Source: a virus
Lineage: Duplodnaviria > Caudoviricetes
Length of the DNA: 47,385 nucleotides
Virus record (IMG/VR): IMGVR_UViG_3300033076_000501
Span: 1 to 47,385 of that record
Direction: 5' to 3' (one strand)
How positions within the stretch are numbered: position 1 is the first letter of the stretch; each line of letters begins with the position of its first letter. The translations under genes and the position numbers were made by a program. This document shows positions 1 through 8,466 of this stretch, piece by piece. The notes beneath the pieces were generated by a model. The model saw nothing but the letters and a program-made list of their open reading frames with translations. It was not told where the DNA came from and searched no databases.

Positions 1-597
1 GGTTTCTTCAATCAACTAAGTGCTGAGATTTCTAAAGAAGAAGCATTAGGTAAGAAGGGTGGTTACACTGTAACTATTCGTTGGCATGATGCTGGTGACT
101 TCTTTAGTCCAGAATACTTAGACATGGCATTGAAGATGGCTGCAAAGCATCCTAATGTTAAGTTCTATGCTTACACAAAGATGGCTGGTGCAGCATTAGC
201 TAAGAAGCCAGACAACTTCATCATCAACTGGTCAGAAGGTGCTCACACCTCACAAGAGAAGCAAGTTAAAGCTGCCGACCCTAGCTTAGAAAGAACAAAG
301 AACTCACGTATTGTTCCTGATGAATTGTTCCAAGACTTATTAGTTAAGAATGAAAAAGGTAACTTAATCAAGGGTGAAGCTGGTCAATGGCAAGTTCAAC
401 CTAACAAATTACCTGAGCTAAAGCAACGTCTAGCTAAACAATATGGCTTAACACCTAACAGTATTCTTTCTTATGATGAATACATGAATAAGCCTAAAGT
501 CGGTGGTATGAAGTATAACGTTATTGTTGCTCCGGGTGAAGGTGACGTTAGTGCTAACGACCAAAACGTTATCTCTACATTATTGTTGAGACACTAA
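1..597 (+). CDS. GP88-family (radical-SAM-like) phage protein, 5'-truncated by the window edge
   Basis: Frame 1 is open from base 1 (GFFNQL...TIRWHDAGDFFSPEYLDM...KFYAYTK). The RWHDxGD and YxYTK motifs are typical of the GP88 family. Confidence 0.65.
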   Translation, partial: GFFNQLSAEISKEEALGKKGGYTVTIRWHDAGDFFSPEYLDMALKMAAKHPNVKFYAYTKMAGAALAKKPDNFIINWSEGAHTSQEKQVKAADPSLERTKNSRIVPDELFQDLLVKNEKGNLIKGEAGQWQVQPNKLPELKQRLAKQYGLTPNSILSYDEYMNKPKVGGMKYNVIVAPGEGDVSANDQNVISTLLLRH

Positions 598-601
598 ATA
601 C

Positions 602-664
602 ATGGACTACTTTGAATTCTATTGGAATCGTAAAGGTAGTCCTCCCCCACAACCACAGAAATAA
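602..664 (+). CDS. Possible 20-aa leader/mini ORF MDYFEFYWNRKGSPPPQPQK
   Basis: ATG at 602 and TAA at 662-664, ending 2 nt before the dps ATG. It overlaps a hairpin at 604-642. Confidence 0.3.
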   Translation: MDYFEFYWNRKGSPPPQPQK

Positions 665-666
665 TT

Positions 667-1107
667 ATGTTATCAGATAGCTTAAAAACATTACTAGCAA
701 GCACTCAATCGTTTGCTATCAAGTCACAGAACTTTCACTGGAACGTAGAAGGTAGTGACTTCCCACAGTATCATCAATTCTTTGATTCATTGTACAGTGA
801 TGTAGCAGGTACTATTGACCAAATCGCTGAATACATCAGAATCTTAGGTCACTATACACCCGGTAGCTTAACACGCTATGCTGAATTGTCAGTAATTCAA
901 GACCAAACAAAGATTCCACGTGCTGAGTTAATGTTCGCTGAAACATTAAAAGACTGTGATGTGATGATTGAATTAGCAGTTCAAATTTTTGCCGAAGCAG
1001 CTAATGAAAATCAACATGGTATTGAAAATTACATGGCTGAACTACAAGACTTATATGCCAAAAAAGCGTGGTTCATTCGTAGTATTCTCAAAAAAGAACG
1101 TGAGTAA
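667..1107 (+). CDS. dps: Dps / ferritin-like DNA-protection protein
   Basis: NFHWNVEGSDFPQYHQFF and DQIAEYIRILG ferroxidase-centre motifs; C-terminal KKAWFIRS. Confidence 0.92.
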   Translation: MLSDSLKTLLASTQSFAIKSQNFHWNVEGSDFPQYHQFFDSLYSDVAGTIDQIAEYIRILGHYTPGSLTRYAELSVIQDQTKIPRAELMFAETLKDCDVMIELAVQIFAEAANENQHGIENYMAELQDLYAKKAWFIRSILKKERE

Positions 1108-2552
1108 TGAGAGCCAAAGAGTTCATCACTGAAGTATTTCAACCTGGTAAAACAAACTGGGAGTGGTTACGCCGCGGTAGTGAAGAGGCTAATGCTCAGT
1201 TCAAAGTAGGTGACAGAGAATATCGTTGGGATGCGTTTACTCAACGAGCTAATCCTAAGAAGTGGGAAATACAATTTCGTCTTATCAGAACACTTGACGA
1301 TGATCCTGACATGGATTTGTTTGGTCAGACTGGCACCGGTAATTCAACAGAAGTATTATCAGTAGCGGTAGACATTATACGAGCATTCTTGGAATACTAT
1401 GGATTAGACAGAGTAGAAGAAATTACATTCAATGCAAAAGAAGATAAACGTATTGGTTTGTATGCAAAGATGATTAAACGTCTTTTACCTAATTGGGATT
1501 TATATAGTAGAAAAGATCCAGAGAACGGTATGCAGTTTACTCTAACTGACCGTAGAGCATACGACAAGCCTGAAAACAAACTTAGTGAAGATAAAAAGAT
1601 AGCTAGGTATAATGGTTTGATTATGGGATATGTCTTTAATGATGCTGGATTGAAGATTAAAGCATATGATCCAGAGACTAGAACTCCAATAGCTTTTGCA
1701 GAGTTTAATAAAGAAGATAAAGAATTATATCCACGAATGATTTGGGTACACGATGACTATCGTAACAAGGGCATTGCAAAGTCAATGTATGATTTTCTAA
1801 AGAATGACGATTATGTTATCAATAGAAGTCATGACCAAACTAATGCCGGAACTAAATTCTGGGATAAGCATCGCGGAGAAGATGCGTATGTTTGGGAAGA
1901 AGAAGTATTAGATGAGATGCCTCTCCCGGCTGATTGGGATCCATCATCAATGCGTCAACAAGCAACTACATTCAAAAGTCGTTTAGCTTATGCATTGGAA
2001 CGTGCTAAGAAGTTAGGAACAGGCTCAAGTCGTGTGGCTACTGTTATCGAATATGAAGGTCGTCCTACAGTATTGAAGATTGCCAAGAATCAAAAGGGTC
2101 TAGCACAGAATAGTGTAGAAGCAGACATATTGAGTGATGGATATGCTAGTCAAATTGGCATTTTAATTCCAATCATTGATTATGATGAACAAAATCGTGA
2201 ACCAAGTTGGGTTCATACAGAACTAGCACAAAAAGCTAACGAGAAACAAATATGCTATCTAATGAAATGTGATTCATTGATGCAAATGGTACGCTTTGCT
2301 AATACAATCGCAGGTAAATATCGCGGTCAATCTGCACAGTCATTCATTGAAAATATGATTAATGACGGAAAAAGAGATGAAGATATTGAAGTTATGACTG
2401 AGTACGCTAATAAGTTAGCAGATTTGGCAAACTCATTTGATGTAGAACTAGCAGATTTTGCTAGACCTGCAAATTGGGGCATATATCAAGGTCACCCTGT
2501 AGTAGTGGATGTAGGGTTTAATAGCAACGTAATGAACCAGTATTACAAATAG
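1107..2552 (+). CDS. Multidomain putative virion-internal protein: GNAT-like, GNAT acetyltransferase and protein-kinase-like domains
   Basis: N-terminus MRAKEFITE. GNAT motif A: WVHDDYRNKGIAKSMY...AGTKFW. Kinase-like elements: LGTGSSR, VLKIAK, NSVE, D..PANWG, VVVDVG. Confidence 0.7.
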   Translation: MRAKEFITEVFQPGKTNWEWLRRGSEEANAQFKVGDREYRWDAFTQRANPKKWEIQFRLIRTLDDDPDMDLFGQTGTGNSTEVLSVAVDIIRAFLEYYGLDRVEEITFNAKEDKRIGLYAKMIKRLLPNWDLYSRKDPENGMQFTLTDRRAYDKPENKLSEDKKIARYNGLIMGYVFNDAGLKIKAYDPETRTPIAFAEFNKEDKELYPRMIWVHDDYRNKGIAKSMYDFLKNDDYVINRSHDQTNAGTKFWDKHRGEDAYVWEEEVLDEMPLPADWDPSSMRQQATTFKSRLAYALERAKKLGTGSSRVATVIEYEGRPTVLKIAKNQKGLAQNSVEADILSDGYASQIGILIPIIDYDEQNREPSWVHTELAQKANEKQICYLMKCDSLMQMVRFANTIAGKYRGQSAQSFIENMINDGKRDEDIEVMTEYANKLADLANSFDVELADFARPANWGIYQGHPVVVDVGFNSNVMNQYYK

Positions 2553-2650
2553 AACATGCCTTAGGACCGTGGTAGTTACTACCATGTAGGCGTCGCCCGG
2601 CTGCTGGGCGTAGGAAGCGATTCGCTACCGTGGACTACAAAGTGAGCATT
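2553..2650 (+). ncRNA. Candidate structured non-coding RNA (family not recognised)
   Basis: GC-rich intergenic stretch with nested stems 2556-2561/2588-2593, 2568-2575/2579-2586, 2594-2600/2604-2610 and 2616-2619/2623-2626. Confidence 0.55.
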
Positions 2651-2664
2651 ACTTCCAAAACGCA

Positions 2665-2670
2665 TAAATA
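2665..2670 (+). promoter_or_regulatory. T4-like late promoter box (TAAATA)
   Basis: ATAAATA lies 6 nt upstream of ATG 2677. The same box recurs before several other genes. Confidence 0.55.
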
Positions 2671-2676
2671 CATATT

Positions 2677-3399
2677 ATGCGAGCATTTAATTTCATTACT
2701 GAATCAGCGGTTGACGAACTAGCCAAAAAACTCCCTACCCTCAAGCGCACCGACTATGATGCGATTGATTCCCTCATGCAACGAATCAGCGTAAAGCATG
2801 ACATTACCGGAAAAAAGCTACATGACTTGTTTGTTAGCAAATACGGACATACTCCTGATACTTGGGTTAAGAAAATCAAGCAACGCAATGAAGATGTAGT
2901 AGACGAACATATTGGCAAAGTCAAAAGTGGATATCGCTTGTATAGCCACAGTGGTAAGAACTTAGGAACATATCCTACACACGCCGGTGCTGAGAAGCGT
3001 GAAAAGCAAGTTAATTATTTCAAGCATGTAGATGAATCTGTTGATTCAGAACAAGACGTACAACAAATCAACCAGTTTATTGAGTGGTCTAAGAAAACAT
3101 TACATGTCAAAGGTGAACCCAAGTTTCACTTTAGTAGAGACACCCAAGAAGCACAAGACGAGCATAGAACAGGTATGCACGACAGTGAAGGTAACATTAC
3201 AATCTACATTGAAAATAGAAATTTAGTTGATATCTTCAGAACAATATTCCATGAACTAGTACATCAACGTCAAGATGAGTTAGGTATGATTCAACACGGT
3301 GATAGTTATCCTGGTAGTCCGATAGAAGCAATGGCTGATATGATGGCTGGAAAGTACATAAAGATTTATGGAAAAGAACATCCCGAAATATTCCAGTAA
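2677..3399 (+). CDS. Putative virion-internal protein with C-terminal HExxH zinc metallopeptidase-like domain
   Basis: N-terminus MRAFNFITE; RTIFHELVHQRQ followed by a downstream Glu (SPIEAMAD). Confidence 0.65.
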   Translation: MRAFNFITESAVDELAKKLPTLKRTDYDAIDSLMQRISVKHDITGKKLHDLFVSKYGHTPDTWVKKIKQRNEDVVDEHIGKVKSGYRLYSHSGKNLGTYPTHAGAEKREKQVNYFKHVDESVDSEQDVQQINQFIEWSKKTLHVKGEPKFHFSRDTQEAQDEHRTGMHDSEGNITIYIENRNLVDIFRTIFHELVHQRQDELGMIQHGDSYPGSPIEAMADMMAGKYIKIYGKEHPEIFQ

Positions 3400-3553
3400 A
3401 GTAAAACAAAAGTTACAAAATGTACCTGATGATTTGTTTGAAATGGGCAAAGATGCTATTGATTTTAAACGTGAAGTCTTGAAAAAGCAGTATAATAGTA
3501 ATCCTTTGAGCATTTTTACTTTGATAAAGAGAATGATTAATGAGAGCAAGTGA
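3368..3553 (+). CDS. Small hypothetical protein
   Basis: Fills the gap between neighbours and overlaps both; no motif seen. Confidence 0.4.
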   Translation: MEKNIPKYSSKVKQKLQNVPDDLFEMGKDAIDFKREVLKKQYNSNPLSIFTLIKRMINESK

Positions 3554-4217
3554 ATTTATTACCGAAGACATGTCACGCCGAGGATTCTTGGGTGCATTAG
3601 GTGCAGGTGCAATGGCTGCATCCGGTGTTGCTCAAGCAAAAGTTAATCCCACTGCTCAACTAGTTGCAGACAATCCTAAAGTAGAATTGTTAATGAAGTG
3701 GGCTAAGAAGTTTATCACTGACCCACGTGAACTAGCAGCCTTTATGGCACAATGCGCCCATGAGAGCGACAACTTCAAAGCAATGGAAGAATATGGTTCT
3801 CCTGAACGTTTCGCTAAGAAGTATGACATTCGTTACAATCCTGCTAAAGCAAAGCAATTAGGTAACGATAAGCCAGGTGACGGTATCAAGTATCGTGGTC
3901 GTGGATACATTCAGTTGACTGGTAAGTACAACTATCAAAAAGCAGGTGAATGGATTAGTAAGTATATCAGTCATCCAATTGACTTTGTTAAGCAACCTGA
4001 TTTAGTCGCTACACCCACAGCGGCTGCGTTGAGTTCTATTTGGTATTGGATAACTTTTGTCAGACCAAAAGCAAAGAACTTCGGTGACACTAAACAAGTT
4101 ACCAAACACATCAATCCTGGCTTAAGAGGTCAAAAGAACCGAGAGCAAAAAGCAAAAGATTGGCAACAAGCATTGAATGTTAAACCAGGTAAACCCATTA
4201 ACGTTGCATCACGATAA
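3540..4217 (+). CDS. Glycoside hydrolase family 19 (chitinase/endolysin-type peptidoglycan hydrolase) with Tat-like signal peptide
   Basis: AFMAQCAHES, YRGRGYIQLTGKYNY, and the TKHINPG C-terminal motif. N-terminal SRRGFLG followed by a hydrophobic stretch and AQA. Confidence 0.88.
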   Translation: MRASEFITEDMSRRGFLGALGAGAMAASGVAQAKVNPTAQLVADNPKVELLMKWAKKFITDPRELAAFMAQCAHESDNFKAMEEYGSPERFAKKYDIRYNPAKAKQLGNDKPGDGIKYRGRGYIQLTGKYNYQKAGEWISKYISHPIDFVKQPDLVATPTAAALSSIWYWITFVRPKAKNFGDTKQVTKHINPGLRGQKNREQKAKDWQQALNVKPGKPINVASR

Positions 4218-4244
4218 ATCGGTCAAAATAGTTGCGTAAAAAGT

Positions 4245-4273
4245 TTGACTTTGTTGCGTAGTTCATATATACT
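4245..4273 (+). promoter_or_regulatory. Sigma70-type promoter
   Basis: TTGACT-17 nt-TATACT, followed by an AGGAG ribosome-binding site. Confidence 0.65.
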
Positions 4274-4296
4274 AACTACTTCTTTAGGAGATATAT

Positions 4297-4557
4297 ATGA
4301 CAACAAAGACTTTTAACGGTGACCAAAAAATCAAACTAACACAGTTGATTAATGAAGGAATGCAAGTACTTCACGAGATTGATACTCTAAACGAGGGTCT
4401 ATCTGACACAGTTAAAGCAATCGCAGAAGAATTGGAAGTCAAGCCTTCTGTACTCAAAAAAGCTATCCGCGTAGCACACAAAGCATCGTTGACACAAACT
4501 AACCAAGACAACGAAGAACTCAACACAATTTTGGAAACTGTAGGTAAGACTCTCTAA
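4297..4557 (+). CDS. Small dsDNA-binding protein, T4 DsbA-like
   Basis: 86-aa helical protein with the pattern VKAIAEELEVKPSVLKKAIRVAHK, located next to the polymerase. Confidence 0.55.
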   Translation: MTTKTFNGDQKIKLTQLINEGMQVLHEIDTLNEGLSDTVKAIAEELEVKPSVLKKAIRVAHKASLTQTNQDNEELNTILETVGKTL

Positions 4558-7265
4558 TGTCATACGTTGATGCTATTCATTCACGTGATGAAGACCGTAT
4601 CTATGTAGTAGAGAGAACCCCTGAGGGTAAACGAGCATATAAAGAGTTCCCGACTAATTATGTGTTTTATTACGATGACCCCAGAGGTAAGCAACGAAGT
4701 ATTTACGGTAATCCCGTAACACGTTTCAGTTCACGCAAGCGTAGCGAGTTTGAAAAGGAACGTAGAGTCCTTTCAAACAAAACATTGTATGAAAGTGATG
4801 TTAACGTTGTGTTCCGTTGCCTAAGTGAGAATTACTTGGGTGTTGAACCTCCAAAACTTCACACATGCTTTTTCGACATTGAAGTAGACTTTGACCCTGT
4901 GAAGGGTTTCAGTCCTACGTCAGATCCATTCAACCCAGTAACTGCTATCTCATTGTATTTGGATTGGCAAGACACATTGGTAACATTGTGTATTCCACCT
5001 AAACACATGAGCAAAGAAACAGCACAAGAAATTGTTAGCCAATTTGATAACTGTATTCTCTTTGACAATGAAAAGGATATGTTTGACACATTCTTTTTAC
5101 TAATCGAAGATGCAGACGTTATGACTGGCTGGAACTCAGAAGGCTATGATATTCCATATATGGTCAACAGAGTTACACGTGTAATGTCAAAAGACGACAC
5201 ACGCAAGTTCTGCTTAATGGGTCAACTTCCCAAGCCAAGAGAATATGAACGATTCGGTAAAGTCGAAATGACTTATGACCTAGTTGGTCGTATTCACATG
5301 GACTATTTGCAGTTGTATAAGAAGTACAACTATGAATCACGCCACAGTTATAAACTAGACTTCATTGGTGAAATGGAAGTCGGTGAAAACAAAACACAAT
5401 ATGAAGGTACTCTTGACCAACTATACAACAAGGACTGGTTCAAGTTCTTAGAGTATAACAGACAAGATACTATGTTGTTGGTTAAGATTCACAACAAACT
5501 AAAATTCTTAGAACTAGCGAACGCACTAGCACATGAGAACACAGTTTTATTACCCACTGTTATGGGTTCAGTTGCTATGATTGAAATGGCAATTATGAAC
5601 GAAGCACATGAACGTGGAATGGTAGTTCCAGATAAGAAAAGGAAGAAAGAAAATGAAACAGACATACAACCAGCGGCAGGTGCCTATGTTGCTTATCCCC
5701 AAAAGGGAATGCACGACTGGGTCGGCGCAGTTGACATTAACTCACTCTACCCGTCAGTCATCCGCGCACTCAACATGGCGCCAGAAACCATCGTTGCTCA
5801 GGTCAGACAAGACCTCACAGACCAGTACATGAAAGAAAAAGGCGCACGTCTAGCCAAAGCTAAAAAATATTATAAAGAAGGTGATGACGATGTGACTGGT
5901 GCTATTCTATGGGAAAACTTGTTTGGCTCATTAGAATATACCGCTATTATGAATCAAGAACGTGGCACATTGCTTTGGGTAGACTACGAAGATGGTCGTT
6001 CAGAGCAAATGAGTGCGGCAGAGATTTGGAAGATGGTCTTTGATAGTCATAAGCCTTGGATGATTTCAGCAAATGGAACAATCTATACTTATGAAAAAGA
6101 AGGTGTCATTCCCGGTCTACTAAGTCGCTGGTACTCAGAACGTAAATCAATTCAGAAGCAAGCAAAAGAAGCATATGGAACTGATATGTACGATTACTAT
6201 GATAAGCGTCAATTGGTTCGTAAGATTTTGCTTAACTCTGCTTACGGTGCGTTGTTGAATGAACATTGCCGTTTCTATGATAAGCGTATTGGTCAATCAG
6301 TTACACTTAGCGGTCGTCAGATTACTAAACACATGATGAGCCATATCAATGAATGTATCGAAGGCGAATACAAACATGACGGTCGTAGTATCGTTTATGG
6401 TGATACTGACTCTTGTTATTTCACAGCTTGGCCTGCTATCAAGGATCAAGTAGCTAAAGGTGAGATGACTTGGGATAAAGAAATGTGCATTCAACTGTAT
6501 GACACATTGGGTGAAAGTACAAACGATAGTTTCCCTGCATTCATGGAGAAAGCATTTCATGCTCCTCGCAAGAATGGTGCAATCATTAAAGCTGGTCGTG
6601 AATTAGTTGCTGACCGTACCATCTTTATCACTAAGAAACGTTACGCAGTTAACATCTATGATAAAGAAGGCAAACGCAAAGACAAAGATGGTACACTAGG
6701 TGACATTAAGGCTATGGGTTTAGATTTGAAACGTGCTGATACGCCTAAATACGTACAAGAATTCTTAATGAACGTATTAGAAATGGTTATTCAACATGGT
6801 AAGTCACGTGATGAAGTCATTGAAGTTATCAAAGACTTTAAACGTAAACTCTCCGAACAAGAACCATGGACTAAAGGTTCACCCAAATCAGTTAATAACT
6901 TGACTAATCACACAAACAACTGGAAGAAAACAGGAAAGTGTGGTGTAGGTCATGCTATGGCAGCAATCAATTGGAACTATCTACGTGAAATGCACGGTGA
7001 CAACTATTCACAAAAGATTGTTGACGGTATGAAGATTGTTGTTTGTAAACTCAAACCAAATGCGTTGAAAATGACAAGTGTTGCATACCCAACTGACGAA
7101 CTACGTTTACCAGAATGGTTCAAAGAGTTGCCATTTGATGACGACTTGATGGAAGCAACACTAGTAACAGAAAAGGTTGAAAACTTATTAGGTGTGTTGA
7201 ACTGGGACTTGCGTTCCAATACAGATACTAAGTCTACATTCGATGATTTATTTTCATTCGGGTAA
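4557..7265 (+). CDS. Family B DNA polymerase (T4 gp43-like) with 3'-5' exonuclease
   Basis: ExoI FDIEV, ExoII WNSEGYD, ExoIII YNRQD; polymerase motifs DINSLYPS, KILLNSAYG, YGDTDS, KKRY. Confidence 0.97.
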   Translation: MSYVDAIHSRDEDRIYVVERTPEGKRAYKEFPTNYVFYYDDPRGKQRSIYGNPVTRFSSRKRSEFEKERRVLSNKTLYESDVNVVFRCLSENYLGVEPPKLHTCFFDIEVDFDPVKGFSPTSDPFNPVTAISLYLDWQDTLVTLCIPPKHMSKETAQEIVSQFDNCILFDNEKDMFDTFFLLIEDADVMTGWNSEGYDIPYMVNRVTRVMSKDDTRKFCLMGQLPKPREYERFGKVEMTYDLVGRIHMDYLQLYKKYNYESRHSYKLDFIGEMEVGENKTQYEGTLDQLYNKDWFKFLEYNRQDTMLLVKIHNKLKFLELANALAHENTVLLPTVMGSVAMIEMAIMNEAHERGMVVPDKKRKKENETDIQPAAGAYVAYPQKGMHDWVGAVDINSLYPSVIRALNMAPETIVAQVRQDLTDQYMKEKGARLAKAKKYYKEGDDDVTGAILWENLFGSLEYTAIMNQERGTLLWVDYEDGRSEQMSAAEIWKMVFDSHKPWMISANGTIYTYEKEGVIPGLLSRWYSERKSIQKQAKEAYGTDMYDYYDKRQLVRKILLNSAYGALLNEHCRFYDKRIGQSVTLSGRQITKHMMSHINECIEGEYKHDGRSIVYGDTDSCYFTAWPAIKDQVAKGEMTWDKEMCIQLYDTLGESTNDSFPAFMEKAFHAPRKNGAIIKAGRELVADRTIFITKKRYAVNIYDKEGKRKDKDGTLGDIKAMGLDLKRADTPKYVQEFLMNVLEMVIQHGKSRDEVIEVIKDFKRKLSEQEPWTKGSPKSVNNLTNHTNNWKKTGKCGVGHAMAAINWNYLREMHGDNYSQKIVDGMKIVVCKLKPNALKMTSVAYPTDELRLPEWFKELPFDDDLMEATLVTEKVENLLGVLNWDLRSNTDTKSTFDDLFSFG

Positions 7266-7273
7266 ACTAAGTG

Positions 7274-7302
7274 TTTACAAACGCAAAAACTTCCTATATA
7301 AT
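7274..7302 (+). promoter_or_regulatory. Sigma70-type promoter
   Basis: TTTACA-17 nt-TATAAT upstream of the clamp gene. Confidence 0.6.
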
Positions 7303-7342
7303 ACACATTAAGTATTCCTAAATACATTAACAAAGGACTAAC

Positions 7343-8077
7343 ATGAAAGATATTTTACAAGACATTATTGAACACACACGAGCATTAGAAGGTATTGACC
7401 TTATTCGTGTTGAAGGTACAGACCAACAAACTGAAGTTATCGCAAACGCAGAAGACCGCTCTGTGATGATTTCTGGTTTGTTTAAAAATCCAAATCCAGA
7501 GTTTGTTGGCTCATTTGGTATGCCTAACTTGACAAAACTCAGCACAATTATTAGCTTTGATGATTACGATGCTGATTCTAAAATCAATGTGGTTCGTACT
7601 AACAACAACGGTGTTGATGTACCAGCAACAATTCACTTTGAAACTAAAGACGGTTCATTTGTTAACGACTATCGTTTGATGGGTTCAAACATTGTCTCTG
7701 AGAAAGTTAAGAAGCCAATTATGACCGTTGCTATTAACTTTAACGTTGAGTTTACTCCAAGCATTGCTAGTATTCAACGTTTGAAGAAGCAAGCAAGTGC
7801 TAACTCAGAAGAAACAACGTTCATTACTAAGGTTGATGGTTCAGATTTGAAGATTTTCTTCGGCGACCACTCAAGTCACAGTGGTAACTTTGTGTTTGAA
7901 GCAGGTGTAACTGGTAAGTTATCACGTGCATGGGCATGGCCTATCAAGCAAGTTCTCGCTATCTTGAACTTGGCAGGTGATAAAACATTCAAAATCAGTG
8001 ACCAAGGTCTATGCGAGATTGTTGTTGATTCAGGTCTAGCAGTTTACACATATCGTTTGCCAGCACAACAAAAATGA
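7343..8077 (+). CDS. DNA polymerase sliding clamp (T4 gp45-like)
   Basis: 244 aa with a two-repeat alpha/beta pattern, directly after the polymerase; C-terminal ISDQGLCEIVVDSGLAVYTY. Confidence 0.65.
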   Translation: MKDILQDIIEHTRALEGIDLIRVEGTDQQTEVIANAEDRSVMISGLFKNPNPEFVGSFGMPNLTKLSTIISFDDYDADSKINVVRTNNNGVDVPATIHFETKDGSFVNDYRLMGSNIVSEKVKKPIMTVAINFNVEFTPSIASIQRLKKQASANSEETTFITKVDGSDLKIFFGDHSSHSGNFVFEAGVTGKLSRAWAWPIKQVLAILNLAGDKTFKISDQGLCEIVVDSGLAVYTYRLPAQQK

Positions 8078-8466
8078 TAGGCTCAATCTACGGTACCTCA
8101 TCCTCAATCCAAGTCACTTATAGTGGCGGAAGTAATTATATCAATAATTACAGTGGAGCACAGGGTGTAGGTAATATGAGATACAACACTACTAGTCAAA
8201 GTATGGAAGTATTTGATGGTAACAACTGGTTAAAACTCAACGAAGGTACAGCCAGTGTTAGCTTATCAGGTGAGGTCGAAGCTCTCTTGGATTGGGCACG
8301 AAAGAAACGTGCCGAAGAATGGGAGCTTGAAAGATTAGCACAAGAGCACCCATCTATCAAAGATTTAGTAGACCAAATCAATCTTAAAAAAGAACAAATC
8401 AAAATGGTTCAGACTCTAATTAAGAGTCCGGGCGATGATGCAATCAAACCATCAATGGTACCTTAA
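8074..8466 (+). CDS. Hypothetical phage protein
   Basis: Start and stop coupled to both neighbours; contains GNMRYNTTSQSMEVFDGNNW. Confidence 0.7.
   Translation: MIGSIYGTSSSIQVTYSGGSNYINNYSGAQGVGNMRYNTTSQSMEVFDGNNWLKLNEGTASVSLSGEVEALLDWARKKRAEEWELERLAQEHPSIKDLVDQINLKKEQIKMVQTLIKSPGDDAIKPSMVP

Noticed and set aside
2553-2650. tRNA or intrinsic terminator interpretation of the structured spacer
   Set aside because: There is no acceptor stem or cloverleaf, no GTTCRA T-loop, no CCA end and no U-tract after the stems.
4557-7265. Possible intein or intron in the DNA polymerase
   Set aside because: The ORF is continuous at 902 aa, a normal length for gp43-like enzymes, with all motifs in order and no intein splice-junction or homing-endonuclease motifs.
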